The notes under the pieces were generated by a model. The model worked only from the letters and a program-made list of their open reading frames with translations. It made no database searches and was not told the DNA's origin. Shown piece by piece: positions 1 through 8,081 of a stretch of 32,000 nucleotides of DNA; position 1 is the stretch's first letter, and every line of letters starts with the position of its first letter. This stretch comes from Candidatus Nanoarchaeia archaeon (GTDB lineage Archaea; Nanobdellota; Nanobdellia; Woesearchaeales; JANQNC01): NCBI GenBank assembly GCA_028279745.1, contig JANQNC010000001.1, forward strand, positions 780,001 to 812,000. The letters are read 5' to 3'. The position numbers were made by a program, and so were the translations under genes.

Positions 1-751
1 TCTCAATATTACCAAACTCTTCCTCAACACCTTCAACATGGTTACATTCAATCAGCAGATCAAATCTTGTCGATTGTGCACCCGTTCTCAAGGTGATAGG
101 AACTTCCTTAACAACACCAGAAACCTTAATCTTAGAACCGGGGTTAGTCTTTTTTTCACCCAAAGGACTAACTAAATCATTTTTCAAAAATAAGTTCATA
201 CGTTTTGGCTGTTCGCTACCTTCAATATCTTCAGGAGACTCTTCTAAAATAATTGCTTGCGCATCAACTAACTCTTTGTTTAATAGCCTAAACTTACCTT
301 TCCGACCACAACCACATCTAGAAGGCTCTTTGAATGATGTGTCTAGTTGTAACACATTAATTGTGTTACCGCAAGAAGGACATTCAAACTTAGCAGATGT
401 AACTTGAGGTCTTACATCTGACTTCTGTCTGACAATACCATTAATCTCTAAGAATTTATTGATGTGTTCACTTCTAATATTCCTAATCATGATCTGTTGA
501 GAGTTAGGAATGTTGAAGAATCTAACAAAGACATTTTTGCCTTCGAGACCTTCTGCTGCAATTTCGGCTGCTTTAATAGAATCGTCTGGGAATTCTAATA
601 CAGACTCAGCTAGGTCAATATCAAATTTAGATAAACCAATAAAGTCAATGTTAAGACTTTTCTTCCCCGTTCTTATAGCTTTAAGAAGATCAGAGTGATG
701 TTCTGATTCTAAAAACTCCTGAAACTTCTTAATCTGCTCAGCAGCATCCAT
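1..751 (-). CDS. mcm: MCM replicative helicase, N-terminal part (gene runs off the left edge)
   Basis: Absent from the ORF track because it is open at the edge. My minus-strand translation from ATG 751-749 reads MDAAEQIKKFQEFLESEHHSDLLKAI...RNIRSEHINKFLEINGIVRQKSDVRPQVTSAKFECPSCGNTINVLQLDTSFKEPSRCGCGRKGKFRLLNKELVDAQAIILEESPEDIEGSEQPKRMNLFL...VSGVVKEVPITLRTGAQSTRFDLLIECNHVEGVEEEFGNIE. The frame was checked at 1-120 and 391-470. This is the MCM N-terminal OB-fold with a C4 zinc motif. Confidence 0.85.
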   Translation of the reverse strand, partial: MDAAEQIKKFQEFLESEHHSDLLKAIRTGKKSLNIDFIGLSKFDIDLAESVLEFPDDSIKAAEIAAEGLEGKNVFVRFFNIPNSQQIMIRNIRSEHINKFLEINGIVRQKSDVRPQVTSAKFECPSCGNTINVLQLDTSFKEPSRCGCGRKGKFRLLNKELVDAQAIILEESPEDIEGSEQPKRMNLFLKNDLVSPLGEKKTNPGSKIKVSGVVKEVPITLRTGAQSTRFDLLIECNHVEGVEEEFGNIE

Positions 752-763
752 GTTAATCTAACC

Positions 764-1360
764 TTATATTACTTTTTTAAGGTTAACTATTAACTTTTCA
801 ACTGCCACGTGAACTTCGTCTTCGCTTTTGGTTCCTGTACAAACTATTTTTCCGTTACTGAATAACAAGAAAGTAGCGTTAGCATCTTTCAACTTGTAAA
901 CAAGTCCAGGGAACTGTTCAGGTTCGTATTCTGTGTTATCAAGCTTCATAGCTAAATTGTTTAGGTTTAAAGCCATACCAATATCGCCATGAGCAACCAT
1001 GTTCTGAACATTCACAACCGGTTTGATTGTTATCTTTATGTTGATCTTTTCTAGAGCTTTGATTACTTGCTGAATGCTTTTGTCAACTTCATCCAAGTTT
1101 CTTGCTCCGGTACAAACAATTTTACCAGAACTAAAAATCAAAGCAGATGTCTTTGGCTCTTTTATTCTTATTACTAATCCTGGAAACTGTTCCGGATTGT
1201 ATTCTGTGTTTGGTAAGGTTGCTGCCATCTTCTCTAATGGAATATCGTGTTCCAAAGATGAAGAAATTACTATGTTTACTACCTTAGTTTTTGGCTCATC
1301 ATCACTCTTTTTCTCAGCCTTTTCAGCTGTCTTTTTTTTAGCTTTTTTCTTAGGTGCCAT
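764..1360 (-). CDS. tbp: TATA-box binding protein with Lys-rich N-terminal tail
   Basis: The track ORF 764..1372 starts at a TTG; the first ATG is at 1360 (MAPKKKAKKK...). Two TBP repeats are visible: EQFPGLVIRIKEPKTSALIFSSGKIVCTGARNLDEV and EQFPGLVYKLKDANATFLLFSNGKIVCTGTKSEDEV. Confidence 0.9.
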   Translation of the reverse strand: MAPKKKAKKKTAEKAEKKSDDEPKTKVVNIVISSSLEHDIPLEKMAATLPNTEYNPEQFPGLVIRIKEPKTSALIFSSGKIVCTGARNLDEVDKSIQQVIKALEKINIKITIKPVVNVQNMVAHGDIGMALNLNNLAMKLDNTEYEPEQFPGLVYKLKDANATFLLFSNGKIVCTGTKSEDEVHVAVEKLIVNLKKVI

Positions 1361-1670
1361 TTTTAATTCCAACCCCCATTTGGTTTGATCGTTAATTTAT
1401 AAACAAGGGAGTAGGTAAAAGTTTATAAAGCTTTTTAAACAAGTATATACTCCAGAATATAATAGAGACCCCCCTATTTCTTATGGAGTTCTTAGTGTTA
1501 ATACGTGGATTTTTTGTTTTGGGTTGTTTTTACGCTTGTTTCGCTCCATACGAAAAAAAGCATTTCTATTTAGTTAGTTTATAAGCAAAAATTCCCATGG
1601 AAAACATAAAGCATAAAAAGAAATTATGGTTTTTTCTTTCAAAAAGAGGTCTTGAAGGAGTTTAATTAAA

Positions 1671-2105
1671 ATGGTAAAGATAAAAATACAAAAGATAAGA
1701 GAGAACGCAATAATTCCTAAATACGCACATAAAGGAGATGTTGGGATGGACTTATATTCTACTATTTCTGTTAGGATCAAACCGGGACACAGAGCATTGA
1801 TCCCATCAGGGTTGAAGATAGCATTGCCTAAAGGATATGAATCACAAATAAGACCTAAGTCTGGGTTGGCGTTGAAAGAAGGAGTAACTGTGTTGAATTC
1901 ACCAGGAACAATTGAGGCTGAGTACAGGGGAGAGTATGGGATCGTTTTGATAAACCATTCAAGTAAAGATGTGTTAGTTGAAGAAGGACAGAAAGTAGCT
2001 CAGCTAGTTGTTAAGAAAGTAGAAACAGTTACAGTGGGTGTTGTTGAATCATTAGACAAGACTGCGCGGGGTGCTGGCGGTTTTGGCAGTACTGGCAAAA
2101 AATAG
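1671..2105 (+). CDS. dut: dUTP diphosphatase (trimeric dUTPase)
   Basis: dUTPase motifs are present: GDVGMDLYS, RPKSGLA, GTIEAEYRGEYGIVLINHS, KVAQLVV and C-terminal RGAGGFGSTGKK. ATG at 1671 is preceded by GAAGGAG at about 1653-1659. Confidence 0.85.
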   Translation: MVKIKIQKIRENAIIPKYAHKGDVGMDLYSTISVRIKPGHRALIPSGLKIALPKGYESQIRPKSGLALKEGVTVLNSPGTIEAEYRGEYGIVLINHSSKDVLVEEGQKVAQLVVKKVETVTVGVVESLDKTARGAGGFGSTGKK

Positions 2106-2141
2106 TCGTGTTTAAATAAAATAGATTTTTCTTTTGTTTTA

Positions 2142-3248
2142 ATGAAAGCAGCAATAACTACAGCAAATGGATTAGAGTTTTCAGCAGAAGCAGAAGTGAA
2201 AGAGATATTAGGTGTTAAATCTGTTGTTGAAGAATCTATCGTAAAATTTGAAGTTAAGGATTATTATTCTTTGGTCAAGTTAAGCTATTTATCACAATCA
2301 GCACATAAACTAATTGTGTTATTGGAAGAGATCCAGTTTAAGTCAATAGATGATTTTTCTTCAGTGAAATTGGATTTAACTGATTGGGTTGGTTCTGAAA
2401 CTACTTTTGCAGTCAGATGCAAAAAAGACACAGAAGAAAGCTTTGATTCAGCAGATGTTGAAGGGGAAGTTGGGAAGAATATCGATCTCAAAGTAAATTT
2501 AGATAATCCTGATCTAATTGTTTATGTCCATGTTCATGGAAATAAAGCTTATTTTGGAGTGGATATCACTGGAATGGACTTAAGTAAAAGACAATATAAA
2601 ATCTTTAATTCAGTAACATCATTAAAAGGCACGACAGCGTATTCACTGTTAAAGTTTTCAGGTGTTAGTAAAGATGGCAAAGTTGTTGACGTAAATTGTA
2701 GAGATGGAACGTTAGCAATCGAGGCAGCATTGTATTCTTGTAATTTTCCAGTACGTTATTATGAGAAAGATAAATTTTTATTCTTAAGAATGAAACCTTT
2801 TTCAGACATTGATTGCGAAAAAATATTTTCAGAACTAGATGAAAAGATTTCTTCTAATGAGAATGTTTTTGCGTTAGACGAATTACAAAGAAACGTAACT
2901 GCAGCACAGAAGAATTCAAAAGTAGCAGGTGTAAACAAGAATGTCAAATTTACTAGAGTAGAATTAGATTGGGTTGATACTAAGTTTAAAGAGAAAGAAG
3001 TTGATTGTATTGTGACAAACTTCATATGGCCAACAAGACACGTTTCAGAAAAAGAAATTGCGAAAAAGACAAAGGAGTTAATGTATCAAGCAAAATATGT
3101 ACTGACTGCAAAAGGTAATTTAACTTTAATCACGAGACTGCCTGATATGATTAAAGAATTTGCATTGAAAGAAGAACTTAAAGTTAGTGATGAAAAATTT
3201 ATTGAAATTGGGGATGAGAAGCTAACTTTGATGAAGATTATAAGGTAA
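2142..3248 (+). CDS. THUMP-domain RNA methyltransferase-like protein with degenerate SAM and catalytic motifs
   Basis: The N-terminal THUMP-like pattern is FAVRCKK...NPDLIVYVHVHGNKAYFGVDITGMDLSKRQYK. The C-terminal Rossmann-like part carries VDVNCRDGTLAIEAAL where Trm14/RlmL-type enzymes have a GxG motif. It also carries CIVTNFIWP where they have (D/N)PPY. Confidence 0.55.
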   Translation: MKAAITTANGLEFSAEAEVKEILGVKSVVEESIVKFEVKDYYSLVKLSYLSQSAHKLIVLLEEIQFKSIDDFSSVKLDLTDWVGSETTFAVRCKKDTEESFDSADVEGEVGKNIDLKVNLDNPDLIVYVHVHGNKAYFGVDITGMDLSKRQYKIFNSVTSLKGTTAYSLLKFSGVSKDGKVVDVNCRDGTLAIEAALYSCNFPVRYYEKDKFLFLRMKPFSDIDCEKIFSELDEKISSNENVFALDELQRNVTAAQKNSKVAGVNKNVKFTRVELDWVDTKFKEKEVDCIVTNFIWPTRHVSEKEIAKKTKELMYQAKYVLTAKGNLTLITRLPDMIKEFALKEELKVSDEKFIEIGDEKLTLMKIIR

Positions 3249-3309
3249 TTTTATATATAAAATGAGGTTTTCTATGTTAAAAAGATGTTCTAGATGAGGA
3301 GAAAATAAA

Positions 3310-3714
3310 ATGACAATAGCACCATTGAGACTAATGCATTTAAGCCAAGAACATATGGAAGATATGTACAAAAGGGCTGAAGAAAATGAACGTATCTTTA
3401 GAAATATTCTTGTTACCCTGGCAGATAAGGCAGAAGAAGCAATCTTTTTCAAAGCAGGAAAATTACAAACAATTTTTGACAGGTATGTTTGTGTTAGTGG
3501 GTATGATCCAAGAGTAAGTGATTTTAGGGTCGGACCTTTTGAATCCCAAGAATTTATGTATCGAAGGTTTAGAGATTTTACACCTACACATATGAAACAA
3601 GATAACGCTTTAGTTCTAGTAGAACACTCAAACAATTCTAAAATAGAGATATACCAAACATTACCTGAGTCACTAGTTAGAAAGCTTGATACTAAAAAGT
3701 ATTATCAGCACTGA
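3310..3714 (+). CDS. hypothetical protein (134 aa)
   Basis: Clean ATG ORF that fills an otherwise empty gap, co-oriented with its neighbours. I recognise no family. Confidence 0.4.
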   Translation: MTIAPLRLMHLSQEHMEDMYKRAEENERIFRNILVTLADKAEEAIFFKAGKLQTIFDRYVCVSGYDPRVSDFRVGPFESQEFMYRRFRDFTPTHMKQDNALVLVEHSNNSKIEIYQTLPESLVRKLDTKKYYQH

Positions 3715-3797
3715 TCTAGAGGGTATTTTATCCAGAATAAACCGAAGCATTTAAATACAAAATTCTCAATTCTTATTTAAAAAGAGGTGTAATATAG

Positions 3798-4118
3798 ATG
3801 CAACACAGAAACCCAAATGTATTCGAAAAAATACTCCTAATAATTGGTGTGTTGATAGTAATAATCGGATACAGCTTCATACACAGAGTGTATGTCTTGG
3901 ATGGATACGCACTAACGTGGCAATTATTGCAGACCATGTTCCTATGGTTATTGTTGGCAGTAATGCTGATAATGTTAGCAGTTAACGAAAACGTAAAAGA
4001 AGAGTTAAGAATAATAATAGAAGAACACTTGCAAGAAATAAAGCTTATGAGAGAAGAAATCAAAGCTACAAAAAAAGTTGCAAGAAGGACTTCATCGCGT
4101 TCAAAAAAGAAACGGTAG
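3798..4118 (+). CDS. small membrane protein (two predicted TM helices, basic C-terminal tail)
   Basis: GAGGTG Shine-Dalgarno at 3784-3789, 8 nt before the ATG. Hydrophobic segments are ILLIIGVLIVIIGYSFI and MFLWLLLAVMLIMLAV. The tail is KKVARRTSSRSKKKR. Confidence 0.5.
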   Translation: MQHRNPNVFEKILLIIGVLIVIIGYSFIHRVYVLDGYALTWQLLQTMFLWLLLAVMLIMLAVNENVKEELRIIIEEHLQEIKLMREEIKATKKVARRTSSRSKKKR

Positions 4119-4405
4119 GAGAGAAACTTAACTCACGGCCTCGGCTGAGGAAAGTCCACCCACTACAAAAGACACTCACACAAGTGAGTTCCTGAAAAGG
4201 AAGGCAACCACTCAGAAACGATACCGTCATAGCTTAGAATGATATGGCATGATCAAAGGTGACTTTGATATGAGCTGTTGACATTGGTTATGGAACGGAT
4301 GAAACGGTGAGCCCTGTCAGTGCAAGACTTTAAAGTCGCTTAGTAAAATGTTAAGACAAACCGTTCTCTAAGAGAGGTTTGACAGAAGGTGGCTTATTTC
4401 TCTTC
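4118..4405 (+). ncRNA. rnpB: RNase P RNA (archaeal type, about 288 nt)
   Basis: The universal CR-I motif GAGGAAAGTCC lies at 4147-4157 and a CR-V-like ACAGAAGGTGGCTTA at 4382-4396. A terminal P1 helix forms between GGAGAGAAA (4118-4126) and TTTCTCTTC (4397-4405): 9 bp with one G-U. No ORF is present, and a T8 run follows at 4410-4417. Confidence 0.8.
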
Positions 4406-4409
4406 TACC

Positions 4410-4417
4410 TTTTTTTT
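4410..4417 (+). terminator. oligo-T archaeal terminator after RNase P RNA
   Basis: Run of 8 T immediately 3' of the P1 closing strand. Confidence 0.45.
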
Positions 4418-4466
4418 AATTTCTTAAAAAGTTAGCCTTATATAGGGCCTATTTTTTTCTTTAAAT

Positions 4467-4832
4467 ATGGAAGCAGTAAAAAAAGAAAAAGTACTGGTAT
4501 TTGATGATTGCCCAGATACAAGAATGCTCTATAACATATTGTTAAAGAAAAAAGGATATGAGATTGTTGAAGCAGGAACCTTAGAAGAAGCAGAATCACA
4601 CCTAGAAAAGAGTGTATTAGGACTATGTATAGTAGATTATAGACTTGGGTGTGGGGGATCAACAGAACCTTTTTGTAGACGTGTAAAAGCAACATCAGAA
4701 ATACCTATCTTAATGATAACTGGCAAGGAAAGAGACCCTGCATTATACAATAGTTGGTTGTTAAAAGCTAGTTATCCTACTGGAGCTTTCTTAGATATAG
4801 TTGATAAACTTTATTTCAGAAGTAATAATTAA
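4467..4832 (+). CDS. stand-alone response-regulator receiver (CheY-like) domain protein
   Basis: Receiver landmarks are present: acidic pair in KVLVFDDCPD, putative phospho-acceptor Asp in LCIVDYRL, Thr in ILMITG and Lys in LLKASYP. A TATA-like CTTATATAGG sits about 25 nt upstream of the ATG. Confidence 0.7.
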   Translation: MEAVKKEKVLVFDDCPDTRMLYNILLKKKGYEIVEAGTLEEAESHLEKSVLGLCIVDYRLGCGGSTEPFCRRVKATSEIPILMITGKERDPALYNSWLLKASYPTGAFLDIVDKLYFRSNN

Positions 4833-4857
4833 AAAAAAATAAAAAGAAAAGAAGAGA

Positions 4858-5550
4858 TTATTTTCTTCTTTTTGCTTTCTTACCAGCTGTTTTCATACCC
4901 ACAATCATCTTCTTAGATTCATCCTTAAGTCCACCAAGGCCAAATCCAAGTCCGAATGCTAGACTGCATGCAAGAACAATTCCACCTAATAGTATTAGGA
5001 ATGTGCTTTCTGCAATGTCAACTGCAATACCTACTTCCTTCAAAGCAATGTCTGCCACGAAGAATATTATCAGTAGTCTTACAAACAAAGCAGCTGCAGG
5101 AACGAACTTACCTTTCATCTCGTTTATCTTATCAGCTACGTAGTCAGCTCCAATCAGACCGAATATTACTATAATTGCAGCCCCGATTAAATTAGGTAAC
5201 CAAAGAACTAATGCTGTTAGCAAGTCAGATAAATGACCTAGCTGAAGCATACTGGCTGCAGGCACCAAAAATGCTACAAATACATACCACTTAACAACTT
5301 TTCCAAAAAACTTGGATAGTTGCAGATGTCCAATTGCATCTCCTCTTCCACTCTCTTCAATTTTCTCGTCAATTTTTGTCTTAGCCAGAAAACTTCTAAC
5401 AACCCAACCAATAGCGCCGGATATTATATAGCCAACAATAATAACAATTATTGCAGCAACAATTCCTGGTAAAACTTCAACAAGACTATTCCAAAGACTA
5501 ACCAAAGGAGTAGTCACAGCTTGTCCAGTATCGCTAAGAAAATCTGCCAT
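4858..5550 (-). CDS. membrane protein with conserved TM-helix repeats (mechanosensitive-channel-related family)
   Basis: Four to five TM segments and a repeated LPxIIGAxIIxIxGxI-type helix (LPGIVAAIIVIIVGYIISG and LPNLIGAAIIVIFGLIGAD). GAGGTG SD on the minus strand at 5558-5563. Basic tail KTAGKKAKRRK. Confidence 0.6.
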   Translation of the reverse strand: MADFLSDTGQAVTTPLVSLWNSLVEVLPGIVAAIIVIIVGYIISGAIGWVVRSFLAKTKIDEKIEESGRGDAIGHLQLSKFFGKVVKWYVFVAFLVPAASMLQLGHLSDLLTALVLWLPNLIGAAIIVIFGLIGADYVADKINEMKGKFVPAAALFVRLLIIFFVADIALKEVGIAVDIAESTFLILLGGIVLACSLAFGLGFGLGGLKDESKKMIVGMKTAGKKAKRRK

Positions 5551-5696
5551 ATCTTATCACCTCTTTTTTTTTACAGACCCCTAAAATCATTATGAAGGGA
5601 ATTAGTACAAAAAAGGCAGAATTCATTTATAAATGTTTTTATTTTTTTGCTTAATTTCAAAACCTTTTTATACTCAGTAAAAAATCAAAACACAAA

Positions 5697-5873
5697 ATGG
5701 CACAAAACAAAATAAGCATGCCTTCAAGCACAGCAGGCATAACAAGATTTTTTGATGAGTACAAAAGCAAAATAACAATAAAGCCAGGGATGGTAATATT
5801 CATAGCAATACTAGTAATGATAATTGAAATAATTCTATACCTGTACGGATACAGAATACTGGGGATAAACTAA
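5697..5873 (+). CDS. secG: preprotein translocase subunit Sec61beta (58 aa, below the ORF-track cutoff)
   Basis: My translation is MAQNKISMPSSTAGITRFFDEYKSKITIKPGMVIFIAILVMIIEIILYLYGYRILGIN. It shows the archaeal Sec61beta signature SxAGlxRyfDE...KIxxKPxxVi followed by a single C-terminal TM. A TATA-like CTTTTTATAC lies about 25-30 nt upstream. The stop is 1 nt before the nac ATG. Confidence 0.7.
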   Translation: MAQNKISMPSSTAGITRFFDEYKSKITIKPGMVIFIAILVMIIEIILYLYGYRILGIN

Positions 5874-5874
5874 A

Positions 5875-6216
5875 ATGATGCCTGGAATGAACCCAAGACA
5901 GATGCAAAAAGCAATGCAACGAATGGGAATACAACAACAAGAAGTAGACAATGCAGAACAAGTAATAATAAAATGTGCAGATAAACAAATAGTGATAGAC
6001 AACCCCTCAGTAAGCAAAGTAAACATGATGGGGCAAGAGACTTGGCAAATTCTAGGAGAAGCAAGAGAAGAAAGTTTAGACACAACACCTGAAATAAACG
6101 AAGAAGACATAGAAACAGTAGTAGAACAGGCAGGATGCAGCGTGGAGGAGGCTAAAAAAGCTCTGGAAGAGAATAACGGAGACATAGCGGCTACCATAAT
6201 GCAACTAAATCAATAA
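5875..6216 (+). CDS. nac: nascent polypeptide-associated complex protein (NAC domain plus C-terminal UBA)
   Basis: MMPGMNPRQMQKAMQRMGIQQQEVDNAEQVIIKCADKQIVIDNPSVSKVNMMGQETWQILGE is the typical archaeal NAC. The UBA-like tail is EEDIETVVEQAGCSVEEAKKALEENNGDIAATIMQL. Confidence 0.85.
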   Translation: MMPGMNPRQMQKAMQRMGIQQQEVDNAEQVIIKCADKQIVIDNPSVSKVNMMGQETWQILGEAREESLDTTPEINEEDIETVVEQAGCSVEEAKKALEENNGDIAATIMQLNQ

Positions 6217-6264
6217 AAATACAACAAAACGCTTATATATACCAACAATTTCTAAATTTTAATT

Positions 6265-6747
6265 ATGTATGAGGATGAGGAACAAACTCTGATCGAAAAC
6301 GCAAGAGAAGAGCTAAAAAGAACAGATCACCTGATCTTTGTAAGTCTAAAATACACTAGAACCGTAGACGTACTAAAGAACATAGTGGAACGGATGATCA
6401 ACGCAATAGAGTTCGGAGTAGAAGCACTGTTAGAACATTGTATCGACAAAAGAAAAATTCCAGACATGCCTCCAAGCCACAAAGAAAAAATAAGCACAGT
6501 TCTAGAAATATTTAAGGAAGATGAGAACGTCATTAAGTTCATGGAACTCTACCAAATGCTCAGAAAAATCAGACGAGCTAAATACCAAAAAAGAGAAGAG
6601 TTCAGAAGACATGTAACAATGATAGCAACCTTAGATGATGGAAAAGTGATTGATGTAGATATGGATAAAGTAAAAGAATTCAATGATCAAACAATAGAGT
6701 TCATAGATTATATAGAAGATACGACTCTGGGAAAAAAAGAAGAATAA
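6265..6747 (+). CDS. hypothetical helical protein (160 aa) immediately upstream of minD
   Basis: ATG ORF whose stop lies 3 nt before the minD ATG. Charged and helical in character. No family recognised. Confidence 0.45.
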   Translation: MYEDEEQTLIENAREELKRTDHLIFVSLKYTRTVDVLKNIVERMINAIEFGVEALLEHCIDKRKIPDMPPSHKEKISTVLEIFKEDENVIKFMELYQMLRKIRRAKYQKREEFRRHVTMIATLDDGKVIDVDMDKVKEFNDQTIEFIDYIEDTTLGKKEE

Positions 6748-6750
6748 AAA

Positions 6751-7452
6751 ATGACACAATTCTTAACCATAACATCTGGAAAAGGCGGAACTGGAAAAAC
6801 AACAACAGCAATAAATGTGGGGACTGCCTTATCACAATTTGGAAGAGATGTTATAGTTGTTGATGGAAATTTGCATAACCCAAACATTTCTTTACACTTA
6901 GGAAATCCTATGCTGCCAATAACACTAAGAGATGTAAGCAAAGGAACAAACTCAATAAGACAAGCAGCATACCAACACCCATCAGGATTAAAAGTAATTC
7001 CAGGAAACATAATAGACGAGATAGAAAAACAAGACTTCAAAAGAGTAGAACATTCATTCTTAGATCTGATGGGAGCAACAGAACTAGTATTGATAGACAC
7101 ATCATCACAACCGCACGAAGAGATAATGAACGTTGCTGGAAAAACATTAGTCGTAACAACACCAGATCTAACATCTGTGACTGATACTTTAAGAACAATA
7201 AAGAAAACCGAAGAAAAAGGAATTAAAGTTTTAGGTGTGGTAGTAAACAAAATAAAAGGGAAAAACGAGTTGTCTGTGAGTGAGATAAAAGCAATGCTGG
7301 ACAGACCTATAATCGGAGAAGTACCATACGATGAAAAAGTAGAAGAGTCACACGCATCAAAACATCCAGTAACTTATTTACACCCAGAAGCAGAATCTAC
7401 ACAAAGCTTTAAAAGGATTGCAACCAATTTAATAGGAAATGCCAATCAGTGA
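6751..7452 (+). CDS. minD: MinD/ParA-family P-loop ATPase
   Basis: Deviant Walker A ITSGKGGTGKTTTAINVG, Walker B-like LVLIDTSS, and typical MinD length. Confidence 0.85.
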   Translation: MTQFLTITSGKGGTGKTTTAINVGTALSQFGRDVIVVDGNLHNPNISLHLGNPMLPITLRDVSKGTNSIRQAAYQHPSGLKVIPGNIIDEIEKQDFKRVEHSFLDLMGATELVLIDTSSQPHEEIMNVAGKTLVVTTPDLTSVTDTLRTIKKTEEKGIKVLGVVVNKIKGKNELSVSEIKAMLDRPIIGEVPYDEKVEESHASKHPVTYLHPEAESTQSFKRIATNLIGNANQ

Positions 7453-7966
7453 AAAACTAAAAAAAACACTAGAAGAGAAAGGGTGGGAGACAAAAGACAT
7501 AGAAAAAGCAATGAACATAATGCAAAAGTCTCCAACTTATGACAAAAAAAGGGCTTCTAAAATCAGCACACTTCTATACTGGATGACACTAATACTGATT
7601 ATTGTGGGAAACTTATTACTTTCAGTAGTTCTAGTTCCATTCTTATTAGTGATGGATGGGTTTGTACTATACTTGATGATCTTTATTGTAGCACTAATAT
7701 GGGGGCTATTGTTTAATATTGTATTAAAAGATATAGAAGAATTAGATGTCAAAAACCACATAATAGCAGGAATCTTCATACCCTTCATAGCAGTATTTAA
7801 CGTATACATAATCGCTAGTCTATCAAACCAAGTAGAAAGAGCACTAGACATAACTCAAATACAGCACAACCCAGCAATAATAGGTGCAGTATATGTATTT
7901 GCGTTTATGATACCTTTCTTAATAACAAAAATAAAGGAAGCAAGAACAAAAAAGAAAGTAATGTAG
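7439..7966 (+). CDS. membrane protein (four predicted TM helices), overlaps the minD 3' end by 14 nt
   Basis: ATG at 7439 lies inside the minD tail. A soluble N-terminus is followed by the TM segments LLYWMTLILIIVGNLLLSVVLVPFLLV, LYLMIFIVALIWGLLFNIVL, IIAGIFIPFIAVFNVYIIASL and IIGAVYVFAFMIPFLI. Confidence 0.5.
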   Translation: MPISEKLKKTLEEKGWETKDIEKAMNIMQKSPTYDKKRASKISTLLYWMTLILIIVGNLLLSVVLVPFLLVMDGFVLYLMIFIVALIWGLLFNIVLKDIEELDVKNHIIAGIFIPFIAVFNVYIIASLSNQVERALDITQIQHNPAIIGAVYVFAFMIPFLITKIKEARTKKKVM

Positions 7967-8038
7967 GGCGACCGCCGGGAGTTGAACCCGGGACTGAAGC
8001 TCCACAGGCTTCCATGTTACCGTTACACTACGGCCACC
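7967..8038 (-). tRNA. tRNA-His (anticodon GUG) with genomically encoded G-1
   Basis: Minus strand reads G(-1)GTGGCCG TA GTGT AACGGTA ACAT G GAAGC CTGTGGA GCTTC AGTC CCGGG TTCAACT CCCGG CGGTCGC C. This gives a 7-bp acceptor stem, 4-bp D stem and 5-bp anticodon and T stems, a GTG anticodon, a 4-nt variable loop and G-1 opposite C73. No CCA is encoded. A TATA-like TTTATAAA lies about 25-30 nt upstream on the minus strand (about 8064-8071). Confidence 0.85.
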
Positions 8039-8081
8039 ATATTCTTAGTGTTTTATCAGTCTTTTATAAATATTTATCTTA

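Noticed and set aside
93-698. Plus-strand track ORFs 93..407 and 510..698
   Set aside because: They lie antisense to a continuous minus-strand frame that translates to a clearly MCM-like N-terminal domain. Their own products are low-complexity with no motif.
1074-1780. Track ORFs 1074..1388 (+) and 1574..1780 (-)
   Set aside because: The first is antisense to TBP. The second overlaps the dut start and its SD region and encodes only AT-driven hydrophobic sequence.
5800-7250. Minus-strand ORFs 5800..5988, 5835..6197, 5870..6088, 6327..6542 and 6708..7250
   Set aside because: They are antisense shadows of nac, the 160-aa protein and minD. The purine-rich sense strand leaves long open frames on the complement.
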